DNA from: Candidatus Gottesmanbacteria bacterium
GTDB taxonomy: Bacteria > Patescibacteriota > Microgenomatia > UBA10105 > UBA927
Assembly (NCBI GenBank): GCA_023245335.1
Contig: JAHFKK010000001.1
Span: 427,282-491,281 of the forward strand
Direction: 5' to 3'
DNA length: 64,000 nucleotides
Shown: piece after piece, positions 18,074 through 28,697 of the stretch
Numbering within the stretch: the first letter of the stretch is position 1
How the letters are laid out: the number at the start of each line of letters is the position of its first letter
Translations under genes and position numbers: made by a program
The notes under the pieces: generated by a model
Seen by the model: the letters and a program-made list of their open reading frames with translations, nothing else
Told to the model about the DNA's origin: nothing
Databases searched by the model: none

Positions 18074-20182
18074 ATGGCAAATCCACAAACAACGCTGACA
18101 GAAGACCGAGACGTACCGCTTGATAAGGTGCGTAACATCGGTATCATCGCGCACATCGACGCGGGTAAAACTACCACGACCGAACGCATTCTCTACTACA
18201 CCGGACGTACGTATAAAATCGGTGATATCGACGAAGGCACCACCCAGATGGACTGGATGGAGCAGGAAAAAGAACGGGGAATTACCATTGTGTCAGCTGC
18301 TACTACCACTTTCTGGAAAAGCTACCGGTTTAACATCATTGACACACCGGGACATGTAGACTTCACCGCGGAGGTTGAGCGATCATTGCGCGTTCTGGAC
18401 GGGGGAATTACCGTCCTCGATGCAGAAGAGGGCGTGCAATCCCAATCCGAGACCGTGTGGCACCAGGCGGACAAATATAAAGTGCCGCGTATCTGTTTTA
18501 TCAACAAAATGGACAAAATCGGCGCGGACTTCCGTCATACCATCGGCCAGATCGAAGAGCGTTTGGGTGCGCGTACCGCCGTCATGGTGGTTCCGATCGG
18601 TCGGGAAGCGGCTCACAAAGGTATTGTCGACCTTCTGACGCTCAAAGCATATGTATGGAGTACGGATGACCTCGGAGCACATGCAGAAGAATTACCGGAA
18701 ATTCCTGCGGATCTCAAAGACGAAGTTACTAAATCCCGTCATGACCTCATCGAACGCATTTCCGAAACTGATGACGTCCTCATCGAAAAATATCTTGCAG
18801 GTGAAGAGCCGACAGTGCCCGAGCTCAAAGCGGCACTCCGCCGCGCAGTCATCGCATACAAATTAGTTCCGATTTATTGCGGTACCAGCCTCCGGAACAA
18901 AGGTGTCCAGCCGCTTCTGGATGCTGTCGTCGATTATCTGCCGTCGCCTCTCGATCTTCCGCCTGTTGATGGCATCGAACCCAGGACGGGAGAAAAGATC
19001 ACCCGCAAACGCGATCAAAGCGATCCGTTTTCGGGACTCGCGTTCAAGATTCAGATCGATCCGCACGTCGGAAAACTCACCTATGTCCGCATATATTCCG
19101 GCAAACTGGAATCCGGCTCTTATACCTGGAACTCGAGTAAAGGCGCGCAGGAGCGCGTCGGCCGACTCCTTCTCATGCATGCCAACCAGCGCGAAGAGAT
19201 AAAGGAAGCGTATGCAGGAGAGATTGTTGCCGTGGTAGGACTGAAAGACACAATCACCGGCGATACGCTTTCTGATCAGGATCACCCGATCGTTTTAGAA
19301 AAGATTATTTTCCCGGATCCTGTTATTTCGCTTGCCATCGAGCCTAAAACCAAAAACGATCAGGAGAAGATGGGATATGCGCTCCAGCGGCTCGCCGAAG
19401 AAGACCCGACATTTAAGATAAAAAGCAATCTCGAGACCAACCAGACCATTATCTGGGGTATGGGAGAGCTGCATCTGGAAATTCTTGTGGACCGCATGAA
19501 ACGCGAATTTAAAGTAGAAGCCAACGTCGGCGCGCCGCAGGTCGCGTACAAGGAAACGATTAAGAAACTCGCCGAAGGCGAAGGCAAATACATTCGCCAA
19601 ACCGGCGGTCATGGTCAATACGGTCACGCGCTTATCCGTATCGAACCCAAAGGCCGGGGAGAAGGATTTGAATTTATCGATGCGATAAAAGGCGCTACTA
19701 TTCCCAATGAGTTTATCGCGCCGGTAGAAAAAGGAATCAAGGAAGCCATGGAAAATGGCGTTCTCGCGGGCTATCCCCTCGTCGATATGTCAGCAACCCT
19801 TTATGACGGGAGCTACCACGACGTCGATTCTTCAGAAATCGCATTTAAGATAGCAGGAAGCATGGCGCTTCAGGATGCGGTCAAGCATGCAGATCCTACG
19901 ATTCTCGAGCCTATTATGAAGGTCGAGGTCACGACCCCGGATGAATACATGGGAGATGCAATCGGAGATTTATCCGCCAGGCGTGCGGAAATTCAGGGGA
20001 CGGAGAAGCGGGGAACGGTCACGATCATCCTTGCCATGGTGCCCCTTGCAGAGCTTTCCGGATACGCGACGGTTCTGCGGAGTTTGTCCAAAGGCCGCGC
20101 AACATATTACATGGAACCGAGCCATTATGAGGAAGTCCCGAAAAATATTCAGGAAAAGATCATTGCAAAAACAGTGGCCTGA
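18074..20182 (+). CDS. fusA: elongation factor G
   Basis: GTPase motifs ([27 protein letters not shown]) and full EF-G architecture; the alternative in-frame start 18026 would add 16 aa. Confidence 0.95.
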   Translation: MANPQTTLTEDRDVPLDKVRNIGIIAHIDAGKTTTTERILYYTGRTYKIGDIDEGTTQMDWMEQEKERGITIVSAATTTFWKSYRFNIIDTPGHVDFTAEVERSLRVLDGGITVLDAEEGVQSQSETVWHQADKYKVPRICFINKMDKIGADFRHTIGQIEERLGARTAVMVVPIGREAAHKGIVDLLTLKAYVWSTDDLGAHAEELPEIPADLKDEVTKSRHDLIERISETDDVLIEKYLAGEEPTVPELKAALRRAVIAYKLVPIYCGTSLRNKGVQPLLDAVVDYLPSPLDLPPVDGIEPRTGEKITRKRDQSDPFSGLAFKIQIDPHVGKLTYVRIYSGKLESGSYTWNSSKGAQERVGRLLLMHANQREEIKEAYAGEIVAVVGLKDTITGDTLSDQDHPIVLEKIIFPDPVISLAIEPKTKNDQEKMGYALQRLAEEDPTFKIKSNLETNQTIIWGMGELHLEILVDRMKREFKVEANVGAPQVAYKETIKKLAEGEGKYIRQTGGHGQYGHALIRIEPKGRGEGFEFIDAIKGATIPNEFIAPVEKGIKEAMENGVLAGYPLVDMSATLYDGSYHDVDSSEIAFKIAGSMALQDAVKHADPTILEPIMKVEVTTPDEYMGDAIGDLSARRAEIQGTEKRGTVTIILAMVPLAELSGYATVLRSLSKGRATYYMEPSHYEEVPKNIQEKIIAKTVA

Positions 20183-20246
20183 TGATAAAATAAACACGCG
20201 ATCACATTGTTGAGTCGTACTTATTGGTTTATTAAAGGAGGAAGTT

Positions 20247-21434
20247 ATGGCTGATGCTGCAAAATATGTTCGGACGAAACCACATTTGAATATCGGAACC
20301 ATTGGGCACGTTGATCATGGTAAGACCACACTTACATCAGCCATCACGCACGTCTTGGCAAAAGTTGGTATGGCCAAAGCCCTCAAATATGAGGAAATCG
20401 ATAACGCTCCGGAGGAAAAGGCCCGAGGCGTCACCATCAACATCCATCACTCTGAATACGAAACAGCAAAACGGCACTATGCACACATCGATGCGCCGGG
20501 ACATGCTGACTATGTCAAAAATATGATTACCGGAGCCGCCCAGATGGACGGAGCGATATTGGTCGTTTCCGCGCCGGACGGTCCTATGCCGCAGACCCGG
20601 GAACACATTTTGCTTGCCAAACAGGTAAATGTGCCGGCAATTGTCGTATTTATGAACAAATGCGACATGGTACAGGATAAAGAGCTTTTGGACCTCGTCG
20701 AAATGGAAGTCCGTGAGCTTCTGACCAAATACGGATATCCCGGCGACAAGATTCCGGTCATCCGCGGAAGTGCTCTCAAAGCGCTCCAGGGTGATGCCGA
20801 AGCGGAAAATTCTATTACCGAGCTCATGAAGACGGTCGACGAGTACGTGCCGGAACCGGTACGGGAACTCGACAAACCGTTCCTCATGCCGATTGAAGAC
20901 GTCTTTTCTATCAAGGGTCGAGGTACGGTCGTTACCGGCCGCATAACCCGAGGAAAAGTCAAAGTCGGTGAGACGGTTGAGATCATCGGTATTAAGGCCA
21001 CGCAACCCACAGTGGTTACGGGAGTCGAAATGTTCCGGAAATCACTCGACGAAGGACTCGCAGGCGACAACGTCGGTATTCTTCTTCGCGGAGTGGAAAA
21101 AGAACAGGTCGAACGCGGACAAGTGTTAGCCGCTCCGGGCAGCGTCAAGCCGCATACGGAATTTGAATCCGAAGTATACGTCCTGACGAAAGAAGAGGGT
21201 GGACGTCACACACCGTTCTTCACCGGGTACCGACCACAATTCTATATCCAGACGACAGACGTGACCGGAGAAGTGACTTTGCCGCAAGGCGTTGAGATGG
21301 TCATGCCGGGAGACAGCACAAAGATGGTTGTTAAGCTGATTGTGCCGGTCGCTCTTGAAGAAGGATTGCGATTTGCTATCCGAGAAGGTGGACATACAGT
21401 TGCAAGCGGAGTTGTTACAAAAATTGTTGCTTAA
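20247..21434 (+). CDS. tuf: elongation factor Tu
   Basis: [22 protein letters not shown]; 395 aa. Confidence 0.97.
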   Translation: MADAAKYVRTKPHLNIGTIGHVDHGKTTLTSAITHVLAKVGMAKALKYEEIDNAPEEKARGVTINIHHSEYETAKRHYAHIDAPGHADYVKNMITGAAQMDGAILVVSAPDGPMPQTREHILLAKQVNVPAIVVFMNKCDMVQDKELLDLVEMEVRELLTKYGYPGDKIPVIRGSALKALQGDAEAENSITELMKTVDEYVPEPVRELDKPFLMPIEDVFSIKGRGTVVTGRITRGKVKVGETVEIIGIKATQPTVVTGVEMFRKSLDEGLAGDNVGILLRGVEKEQVERGQVLAAPGSVKPHTEFESEVYVLTKEEGGRHTPFFTGYRPQFYIQTTDVTGEVTLPQGVEMVMPGDSTKMVVKLIVPVALEEGLRFAIREGGHTVASGVVTKIVA

Positions 21435-21557
21435 GCGGAGCGTCTTTACGCGACGTCTCGAGGCGCGAAGCGCCGAGAGATCCCAACGGGATCCCTCGAC
21501 AAAGCTCGGGATGAAGCTGTCAAAGAGACATCTTCACTTGGCACCTTACAAACCATA

Positions 21558-21866
21558 ATGCCGAAAGGTCGCATACGAGTCAGGCTCAAAGCCTATGACA
21601 GCAGGATCATTGATGACTGTTGTCAAAAAATATTAGACACGGCGGTGAGAACCGGGGCACGGGTCGTCGGACCCATCCCGCTTCCTACCGACAAGCAGCA
21701 CTTTAATGTCGCCAAAGCGACATTTATTGACCGCAATAGCCGTGAAGATTTTATGATCCGTGTGCACAAGCGACTTATCGACATTGTGGAACCGACAGAC
21801 AAAACCATCGACCAGCTCATGCACCTGGACCTGCCAGCAGGCGTGGACATTGAGCTCAAGATGTAA
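21558..21866 (+). CDS. rpsJ: 30S ribosomal protein S10
   Basis: 102 aa, RIRVRLKAYD ... GPIPLPT. Confidence 0.95.
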   Translation: MPKGRIRVRLKAYDSRIIDDCCQKILDTAVRTGARVVGPIPLPTDKQHFNVAKATFIDRNSREDFMIRVHKRLIDIVEPTDKTIDQLMHLDLPAGVDIELKM

Positions 21867-21972
21867 TTTGAGTTATCGGGGATACTTTGGTATACTTGAA
21901 GATAGATTGATATGACGCGACAGCGTACGTATCGGGAACATCGGTACACCAAAAGTCTCGGATGAGCGTAAT

Positions 21973-22020
21973 TTCCGCCAATCGGCGGAAGTAGACGACC
22001 TCGACCGAGGTCGTTTTTTT
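21973..22020 (+). terminator. two consecutive hairpins, the second a terminator-like stem plus T7 run, between rpsJ and rplC
   Basis: TTCCGCC-aatc-GGCGGAA (21973-21990), then ACGACCTC-gacc-GAGGTCGT followed by TTTTTTT (21995-22020). Confidence 0.4.
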
Positions 22021-22033
22021 GTTGGTGAAGACT

Positions 22034-22675
22034 ATGATCACATCACTATTAGCATTGAAGCAGTCACAATCTCAGACGTTTACCGAAAACGGGAAGCGGA
22101 TTCCCGTCACGGTCGTTTTGGCCGGTCCGAATTGGGTGACGACTCTGACAGATACACCGGATCATAAAACAATTCAGCTCGGATTCGGTACCATCAAAAA
22201 CCTTAGCAAGCCGGAAATAGGACATATAAAGAAAGCGGGGCTCGACAAAAAGCTCCGTTTTTTGCGCAATTTCACGGTCGAGGACCTAGAGGGTCTGACC
22301 TTGGGCGGTCACGTAAAAGTCGAACAGGTTTTCGCGCCGGGCGATGTGATTCGCGTCCAGGGAACGAGCAAGGGCAAAGGATTTGCAGGGGTTGTCAAAC
22401 GCCATCATTTCCGCGGCGGTCCCAGGACCCACGGTCAGTCTGACCGGGAGCGCGCACCGGGATCCATCGGGCAAACGACGACACCGGGTCGTGTCTATAA
22501 AGGCAAGCGTATGGCGGGACGCATGGGCAGTGATACGATTACCGTCCGAAATCTCACCGTCGTCGCTGTCGATCCGACCGCACAGACACTCACGATCAAA
22601 GGATTAGTACCAGGAGCCAAAAACGGGCTCCTTGTCGTTTCTAAAGAACCCAAGCATCCGGTAAAGAAGGAATAA
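22034..22675 (+). CDS. rplC: 50S ribosomal protein L3
   Basis: L3 sequence; ATG 22034 is chosen because the TTG at 22019 lies inside the terminator T-run. Confidence 0.9.
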   Translation: MITSLLALKQSQSQTFTENGKRIPVTVVLAGPNWVTTLTDTPDHKTIQLGFGTIKNLSKPEIGHIKKAGLDKKLRFLRNFTVEDLEGLTLGGHVKVEQVFAPGDVIRVQGTSKGKGFAGVVKRHHFRGGPRTHGQSDRERAPGSIGQTTTPGRVYKGKRMAGRMGSDTITVRNLTVVAVDPTAQTLTIKGLVPGAKNGLLVVSKEPKHPVKKE

Positions 22676-22676
22676 T

Positions 22677-23420
22677 ATGGCACCAAAAGCAAACGCGAAA
22701 CCAGTCAAAAAGGCAGCACCGAAGGCAAAAGTAACCAAAGCTCCGGTGAAGGCTGTGGAATCCAAAAAAGAACCGACGGAAAAATCAACAGGTCTCGTCG
22801 TTTCCGTTCTGGGAGTAGATGGCAAGGCGGCCGGTCATGTGACGCTTCCTGCAGAGCTTTTTGGCGTGAAAGTGAATAAAGCCATACTTGCCCAGGCAGT
22901 CCGCGTGTATCTTGCCAATCAGCGAGCAGGGTCTGCTTCCACCAAGACGAGAGGCGAAGTTGAAGGTTCTACCCGCAAAATATATAAGCAAAAGGGTACC
23001 GGACGCGCACGGCACGGCGGCATCAGGGCTCCTATATTTGTCGGCGGAGGCGTTACGTTTGGTCCCAAGCCGCATGACTTTACACTTAATATGTCCAAAA
23101 GCATGAGGCATGTAGCCCTTGCATCCGCACTCTCCGAGAAACAGGCGAATCATGACATCATTGTCGTTGACGGATTTGAGGCACTGGAACCGAAAACCAA
23201 GCTGGTGGCGGCAGCACTCGGAGCAGCAGGGGCAGTCGGCGGCACCATTCTGTTTGCCGTACCGAAGGAAGCCGTCAATCTACGAAAGGCCGCGAGAAAC
23301 ATAGCGAAACTCGATATTCTTCGCGCGACGGATCTACATCCATACGCTGTTCTCACACACGCAAAACTCGTTATCACGAAAACTGCTCTCGATGAGGCAA
23401 AGCATAATTTTATCAAATAA
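22677..23420 (+). CDS. rplD: 50S ribosomal protein L4 (with Lys/Ala-rich N-terminal extension)
   Basis: L4 core [11 protein letters not shown]; 247 aa. Confidence 0.93.
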   Translation: MAPKANAKPVKKAAPKAKVTKAPVKAVESKKEPTEKSTGLVVSVLGVDGKAAGHVTLPAELFGVKVNKAILAQAVRVYLANQRAGSASTKTRGEVEGSTRKIYKQKGTGRARHGGIRAPIFVGGGVTFGPKPHDFTLNMSKSMRHVALASALSEKQANHDIIVVDGFEALEPKTKLVAAALGAAGAVGGTILFAVPKEAVNLRKAARNIAKLDILRATDLHPYAVLTHAKLVITKTALDEAKHNFIK

Positions 23421-23423
23421 TTT

Positions 23424-23729
23424 ATGACACACACGATCATACAAAGACCGCTCATTACCGAAAAATCCATGACACTCGCCCAGCGGGGATGGTATACGTT
23501 TGCGGTGACGAAGACCGCTCGCAAAGAAATGATTGCGAAAGCGATTAGCCGACTTTACAATGTCCAGGTTCGTGACGTGCGGACAATTAAAAAGGTCGGA
23601 AAAGTACATCGGGCAGGAAAGAAAATGATCAGGGTACAGAAGCCGGATTGGAAAAAAGCCATGGTGAAACTAGCGAAGGGTCAGCGCATCCCGGTATTTG
23701 AAGTAACGGGAGCGACTGAGAAAGCCTAA
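23424..23729 (+). CDS. rplW: 50S ribosomal protein L23
   Basis: 101 aa with typical L23 sequence. Confidence 0.92.
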   Translation: MTHTIIQRPLITEKSMTLAQRGWYTFAVTKTARKEMIAKAISRLYNVQVRDVRTIKKVGKVHRAGKKMIRVQKPDWKKAMVKLAKGQRIPVFEVTGATEKA

Positions 23730-23733
23730 CTCT

Positions 23734-24489
23734 ATGCAAAAAGTAAGCGTCCGATCACTCATGAATATATTGCCGAAACGTTCCGGACGGGACATGTTCG
23801 GTCACGTGTCGGCGCATCACCAGGGCGGCCGGGAGAAGCGCTTTTTGCGTACGATCGATTGGAAACGGCAAAAAGACGGCGTACCTGCGAAGGTTATGAC
23901 TATCGAGTATGACCCGAACCGATCCGCAGATATAGCACTTCTCTTCTATAAAGACGGAGACAAACAGTATATACTTGCTCCTCAGGGTTTGAAGGTTGGA
24001 GCGGTAGTCCGATCAGGAGCAGGCATAGACGCCAATGTTGGCAATACGCTGCCTCTTCGGGATATACCGGTCGGTACAGTTGTACACAATCTGGAAATCA
24101 AACCGGGAAGAGGCGCCCAGATGGTCCGGTCAGCCGGCAACAGCGCAACGGTTTTGGCTAAAGACGGTGATGCTATACAAGTGAAGCTGCCTTCCGGTGA
24201 GGTTCGTGCATTTGTCGGTAAGTGCCGGGCGACGGTCGGTCAAGTCGGCAACGAGGAATGGAAAAATCGCGTTATCGGCACCGCCGGTCGCAGCCGGCAT
24301 ATGGGTATACGTCCGACAGTTCGGGGAGTCGCGCAGAATCCGAGAAGCCATCCGCACGGCGGAGGAGAAGGACGAAGCGGCATCGGTATGAAATCACCGA
24401 AATCTCCATGGGGAAAGAGAACGCTTGGTAAAAAGACACGAACAAAACGCAAATACAGCAATAAGTCTATTTTGCAGCGGAGGAAATAA
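23734..24489 (+). CDS. rplB: 50S ribosomal protein L2
   Basis: [11 protein letters not shown] ... HPHGGGEGR. Confidence 0.95.
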   Translation: MQKVSVRSLMNILPKRSGRDMFGHVSAHHQGGREKRFLRTIDWKRQKDGVPAKVMTIEYDPNRSADIALLFYKDGDKQYILAPQGLKVGAVVRSGAGIDANVGNTLPLRDIPVGTVVHNLEIKPGRGAQMVRSAGNSATVLAKDGDAIQVKLPSGEVRAFVGKCRATVGQVGNEEWKNRVIGTAGRSRHMGIRPTVRGVAQNPRSHPHGGGEGRSGIGMKSPKSPWGKRTLGKKTRTKRKYSNKSILQRRK

Positions 24490-24492
24490 TAT

Positions 24493-24777
24493 ATGGCACG
24501 AAGCAACAAAAAAGGTCCGTACATAGATAAAAACCTTATTACGAAAGTAAATAAACAAAAGGGTGGAGCAAGCCGTACACCGATTAAAACCTGGGCGCGG
24601 GACAGCCAGATTCCGCCGGATTTCGTGGGCGTGACGTTTGCAGTTCATAATGGTCGCGTATTTACCGAAGTGTTTGTGACGGAAGCCATGGTCGGACACC
24701 GATTGGGTGAATTTTCTCCGACACGGACATTCCGGGGACACGGTCAAGTGACCAAACGAGTACTCGATAAGACATAA
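24493..24777 (+). CDS. rpsS: 30S ribosomal protein S19
   Basis: [11 protein letters not shown] ... HNGR ... GHRLGEF. Confidence 0.95.
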   Translation: MARSNKKGPYIDKNLITKVNKQKGGASRTPIKTWARDSQIPPDFVGVTFAVHNGRVFTEVFVTEAMVGHRLGEFSPTRTFRGHGQVTKRVLDKT

Positions 24778-24781
24778 ACCT

Positions 24782-25162
24782 ATGGAATACCAAGCAACAG
24801 CAAAATATATTCGGGTGTCGACACGCAAAGTGCGGCTTCTCGCAGACAGCATTCGTGGTATGAAGGCTCTGGAAGCAGTCGGCATTCTTCGGGCGACCCC
24901 GCAGCATGCGGCTAAGCCTATGGTTGATGCAATTATGTCAGCGGTAGCAAACGCCACCCAAAAACAGGCAGCTGCCGATAGTTTGAAGATTGCCGCAATT
25001 GACGTCATGGGGGGACCAGCGCTTAAGCGTTGGCATGCAGCGTCCAAAGGCATGGCGCATCCTTTCAAAAAACGCATGAGTCATATCAAAGTTATCTTGA
25101 CCGATGGCGTTACTAAAGTGAATACGGAAGAAAAGAAGGAAGTCATTAAAGGGGGCAAATAA
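24782..25162 (+). CDS. rplV: 50S ribosomal protein L22
   Basis: 126 aa, typical L22. Confidence 0.92.
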   Translation: MEYQATAKYIRVSTRKVRLLADSIRGMKALEAVGILRATPQHAAKPMVDAIMSAVANATQKQAAADSLKIAAIDVMGGPALKRWHAASKGMAHPFKKRMSHIKVILTDGVTKVNTEEKKEVIKGGK

Positions 25163-25165
25163 CTT

Positions 25166-25843
25166 ATGGGACAAAAAGTTCATCCATACGGATTTAGACT
25201 CGGACCATTGTATACATGGATATCCCGGTGGTTCGCCGATGATTCTCGCTATGCCGGTCTCCTCATACAGGACGTCTTACTGCGGGAAGAGCTCATGAAG
25301 CGCCTGAAGACGGCGGGACTTGCCCAGGCCGAGATTGAACGCTCAATTAACAAAATTCGGGTGATTTTACACGTCTCCCGTCCGGGCATGGTGATTGGCC
25401 GGGGCGGCACAGGCTTAGAGGACATCAAAAAGTTTGTTGAAAAAACACTGGTAACGATCGCAAAAGAAAAACGGTTGGGGAAAGTCGTCTTTGATCCGAC
25501 AAAAATGAAAGTAGAAGTCGTCGTCGAACCGATCAAAGAACCGAATTTGAGTGCACAGATTGTCGCGAGTAACATTGCGGATCAGCTAATAAAGCGCATG
25601 CCGCATAAACGGATTTGTGTACAGACACTCGATCGGGTCATGACGGCAGGAGCAAACGGCGTAAAGATTAAACTCGCAGGGCGTATCGCCGGCGCAGAAA
25701 TTTCGCGTCGGGAAACGTACAAATCAGGAAGCATTCCGCTTTCTACGATTCGGGAACAGGTAGAGTACGCGGAAGTGCCGGCACTTACGAAATCAGGATA
25801 TATCGGCGTAAAAGTATGGATTTATAAGAAAGCGAGTAATTAG
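25166..25843 (+). CDS. rpsC: 30S ribosomal protein S3
   Basis: MGQKVHPYGFRLG with KH domain and GRIAGAEISR. Confidence 0.95.
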   Translation: MGQKVHPYGFRLGPLYTWISRWFADDSRYAGLLIQDVLLREELMKRLKTAGLAQAEIERSINKIRVILHVSRPGMVIGRGGTGLEDIKKFVEKTLVTIAKEKRLGKVVFDPTKMKVEVVVEPIKEPNLSAQIVASNIADQLIKRMPHKRICVQTLDRVMTAGANGVKIKLAGRIAGAEISRRETYKSGSIPLSTIREQVEYAEVPALTKSGYIGVKVWIYKKASN

Positions 25844-25921
25844 AAAATAGAGAGTAGTGAGTAGGAAAATAGTAATGCATCACATACTATTTTCTATTTA
25901 CTACTCACGTATTACTAATAT
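25844..25921. repeat. AGTAG-rich imperfect palindrome in the rpsC-rplP spacer
   Basis: AGAGAGTAGTGAGTAGGAAAATAG ... CTATTTTCTATTTACTACTCAC; related to the element at 9962-10038. Confidence 0.35.
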
Positions 25922-26338
25922 ATGTTAGCACCAAAACGAGCCAAACATCGTAAATCGTTCCGGGGCAAAATGCGGGGAAAATCCATCCGGGGTTCCGTAC
26001 TATCCTTCGGAGAGTTCGGTTTGAAGGCGATGGAAGCCGGTTGGGTGAGCAGCCGTCAGATAGAAGCTGCCCGTCGGGCATTGACACACAGTATCAGGCG
26101 CGGAGGACGCGTATGGATCCGGATATTTCCGGATAAGCCGATTACCAAAAAGCCTCCGGAAACCCGTATGGGAAGCGGTAAAGGCGATGTCGCTGAATAC
26201 GTCTGTGTTGTGCGGCCGGGACGGGTAGTTTTTGAGATGTCAGGAGTCAGCCGGGAAGCAGCCGCGGAAGCGATGCGCTTGGCAGGAGTGAAGTTACCGA
26301 TTAAAGCGAAGTTTATGAGTCGGAGTGAATCCGTATGA
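25922..26338 (+). CDS. rplP: 50S ribosomal protein L16
   Basis: [10 protein letters not shown] ... GSGKGD. Confidence 0.95.
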   Translation: MLAPKRAKHRKSFRGKMRGKSIRGSVLSFGEFGLKAMEAGWVSSRQIEAARRALTHSIRRGGRVWIRIFPDKPITKKPPETRMGSGKGDVAEYVCVVRPGRVVFEMSGVSREAAAEAMRLAGVKLPIKAKFMSRSESV

Positions 26339-26544
26339 AAAAAAACGACAAAGACCAAATAATGAGTGCGGCACCCGCAGAGCTTCTGAAGAAATCGACC
26401 GAGCTCATGAAACAGATTTCTGATGAGATTCTGAAGCGCCAGAATGGTAATGTCAAAAACGTACACACGGTGAAGACATTGCGACGGAAACTTGCAGTCG
26501 TGCTTTCGGTGAAGCGGGCTCATGAGTTAGCACAGAAAGGCTAA
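26335..26544 (+). CDS. rpmC: 50S ribosomal protein L29
   Basis: 69 aa helical protein in the conserved position after rplP. Confidence 0.85.
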   Translation: MKKNDKDQIMSAAPAELLKKSTELMKQISDEILKRQNGNVKNVHTVKTLRRKLAVVLSVKRAHELAQKG

Positions 26545-26554
26545 GGGAAATGAT

Positions 26555-26836
26555 ATGGCAGACACAGCAAAACAAACAAATGTTACGGTAAAGAATCCCC
26601 AAAAGCGGGATCTGGATGGTACGGTTATTTCGATTGCATCGAAACAGACCGTGATTGTGGAAGTGGTCCGATCTTCCCGGCATCCGTTATACAAAAAGAT
26701 GGTCAAACGTACAAAACATTTTGCCGTACACAACGAAGTCGAAGGCATCGCCGTCGGCGATCACGTACGGATTGCCGAAAGCCGGCCGATGAGCAAAACA
26801 AAACATTTTAAGATGGTTGGAAAGGTAGCGAGGTAA
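26555..26836 (+). CDS. rpsQ: 30S ribosomal protein S17
   Basis: 93 aa, GTVIS ... KTVIVEV ... HPLYKK. Confidence 0.92.
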   Translation: MADTAKQTNVTVKNPQKRDLDGTVISIASKQTVIVEVVRSSRHPLYKKMVKRTKHFAVHNEVEGIAVGDHVRIAESRPMSKTKHFKMVGKVAR

Positions 26837-26840
26837 GCGT

Positions 26841-27215
26841 ATGGTACAGCGGAGAACCAGTTTAGTCGTCGCAGATAACTCAGGAGCGCTTGAGATGGTC
26901 ATCATACATATTTACGGCGCATCCAAAAAGATGACGGCGACTCTTGGTGATATCGTCCAGTGCGTCGTGAAGCGGGCAGACCCGTTGGGTATCGTCAAAG
27001 ACGATGAGTTGGTGACGGTCGCGATCGTACGGGTGAGAAAAGAATATCACCGTGAAGACGGATCGTACATCCGATTTGACGAGAATGCCGGCGTCGTCAT
27101 CGACAACGCGAAAGACAAAAATCCCCGCGGGACGCGCGTGTTCGGTCCGATTGCCCGCGAGCTAAAAGAAAAAGGATTTGATAAAATAGCAAGTCTTGCA
27201 GAGGAAGTGTATTAA
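26841..27215 (+). CDS. rplN: 50S ribosomal protein L14
   Basis: MVQRRTSLVVADNSGA. Confidence 0.95.
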   Translation: MVQRRTSLVVADNSGALEMVIIHIYGASKKMTATLGDIVQCVVKRADPLGIVKDDELVTVAIVRVRKEYHREDGSYIRFDENAGVVIDNAKDKNPRGTRVFGPIARELKEKGFDKIASLAEEVY

Positions 27216-27229
27216 TTATTTGATATCGT

Positions 27230-27535
27230 ATGAAACTTAAAAAAGGTGACACCATTATCGTGACGGTCGGGAAAGACAAGGGAAAGAAGGGGAAAGTCGA
27301 ACAGATTATTCCCTCGACTGCGACCATAGTGGTCCCGGGCATCAATGTCTTCAAGCGCCATATGAAGCGTAAAGACGATAAGAATCCCGGGGGCATCATT
27401 GATCTGGTCAAACCGATCGGTATGGGAAAAGTCGCTCTCGTTTGTCCGTCTTGCGGCAAGCCGACACGGGTGGGCTACATCGTTGCCAAAAACGAAAAGG
27501 TACGGATCTGTAAAAAATGCGGTAAGAAAATATAA
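27230..27535 (+). CDS. rplX: 50S ribosomal protein L24 with C-terminal C4 zinc ribbon
   Basis: KOW motif MKLKKGDTIIVTVGKDKGKKGKV plus C-terminal CPSCGK ... CKKCGK. Confidence 0.9.
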   Translation: MKLKKGDTIIVTVGKDKGKKGKVEQIIPSTATIVVPGINVFKRHMKRKDDKNPGGIIDLVKPIGMGKVALVCPSCGKPTRVGYIVAKNEKVRICKKCGKKI

Positions 27536-27537
27536 CT

Positions 27538-28095
27538 ATGAATACATTGCAGAGCACATACAAAACAGAACTAGTTCCGAAACTCATGACAGAGCTCGGG
27601 ATTACGAATCGTATGGCTGTCCCCAAGCTCACCAAAATTGTGATAAACTGCGGCATTGGCGCCGAAGCACTTAAAGACAAGAAGATCATAGAAAAAGTAC
27701 GTGAGCAGTTAGGCGTCATCAGCGGACAAAGACCGCAGTTGACCAGAGCCAAAAGAGCGATCTCGACGTTTAAATTGCGGGCCGGCGATCCGGTCGGGCT
27801 GCGGGTAACGTTACGCGGTACACGCATGTACGATTTTTTGACCCGGTTAATTTCGCTCGCATTACCACGGGTACGTGACTTTCGCGGTATCCCGCGAAAA
27901 GGCTTTGATGGCAAAGGGAATTACACGTTGGGAATTGTGGAACAAACGATATTTGCAGAAGTCGAATACAGCATGATTGATAGGATCCGCGGATTTGAGG
28001 TGACATTTGTCACGACCGCGACAGATGACCGGCAAGGGGTAGCGCTTTTGACCGCTTTGGGCATGCCGTTTGAGAAAGACGGTACGGAGAAATAA
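27538..28095 (+). CDS. rplE: 50S ribosomal protein L5
   Basis: 185 aa, typical L5. Confidence 0.95.
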   Translation: MNTLQSTYKTELVPKLMTELGITNRMAVPKLTKIVINCGIGAEALKDKKIIEKVREQLGVISGQRPQLTRAKRAISTFKLRAGDPVGLRVTLRGTRMYDFLTRLISLALPRVRDFRGIPRKGFDGKGNYTLGIVEQTIFAEVEYSMIDRIRGFEVTFVTTATDDRQGVALLTALGMPFEKDGTEK

Positions 28096-28098
28096 TAT

Positions 28099-28284
28099 AT
28101 GGCAAAAACATCAGACATCGTCAAATTTGAGCACAAGCAAAAGTATGCCGTCAGGCATCGGAACCGCTGCGTTCTCTGCGGAAGGTCGCGGGCATACATG
28201 AGAAAATTTAAGATGTGCCGCATTTGTTTCCGGAAACTCGCCCATAAGGGAGAATTGCCGGGAGTAGTGAAGGCGTCATGGTAA
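28099..28284 (+). CDS. rpsZ: 30S ribosomal protein S14 type Z (zinc-binding)
   Basis: 61 aa with CVLCGR ... CRICFR. Confidence 0.93.
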   Translation: MAKTSDIVKFEHKQKYAVRHRNRCVLCGRSRAYMRKFKMCRICFRKLAHKGELPGVVKASW

Positions 28285-28297
28285 AGGAGAGTCACCT

Positions 28298-28693
28298 ATG
28301 GTTATAAACGATCCTATCGGAGACATGTTAACGCGTATAAGAAACGCAGCTTTGGCGCACAAAAAAACCGTGGAATTGCCCGGCAGCAGCGTCAAACAGG
28401 CCGTCGCCCAGATTCTTTCCAAAGAAGGGTACTTAACGTCCGTGGAAAAAGTGCAAAGCGAACACGGCATGACGCTTCGTTTGGAGCTCGCGTATGAGGG
28501 AAAAGAACCGGTATTGACGGGGGTAAAGAGAATCAGTAAACCAGGACTCCGTTGGTACGTCGGCAAAAAGAAAATCCCCATGGTCATGGGAGGAACGGGA
28601 ATATCCATCGTGAGTACTCCCCAGGGAGTCATGAACGGAAAAGAAGCACGGACAAAAGGTATCGGCGGAGAATTATTGTGTGAGGTTTGGTAA
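28298..28693 (+). CDS. rpsH: 30S ribosomal protein S8
   Basis: DPIGDMLTRIRNA. Confidence 0.95.
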   Translation: MVINDPIGDMLTRIRNAALAHKKTVELPGSSVKQAVAQILSKEGYLTSVEKVQSEHGMTLRLELAYEGKEPVLTGVKRISKPGLRWYVGKKKIPMVMGGTGISIVSTPQGVMNGKEARTKGIGGELLCEVW

Positions 28694-28697
28694 ACAT

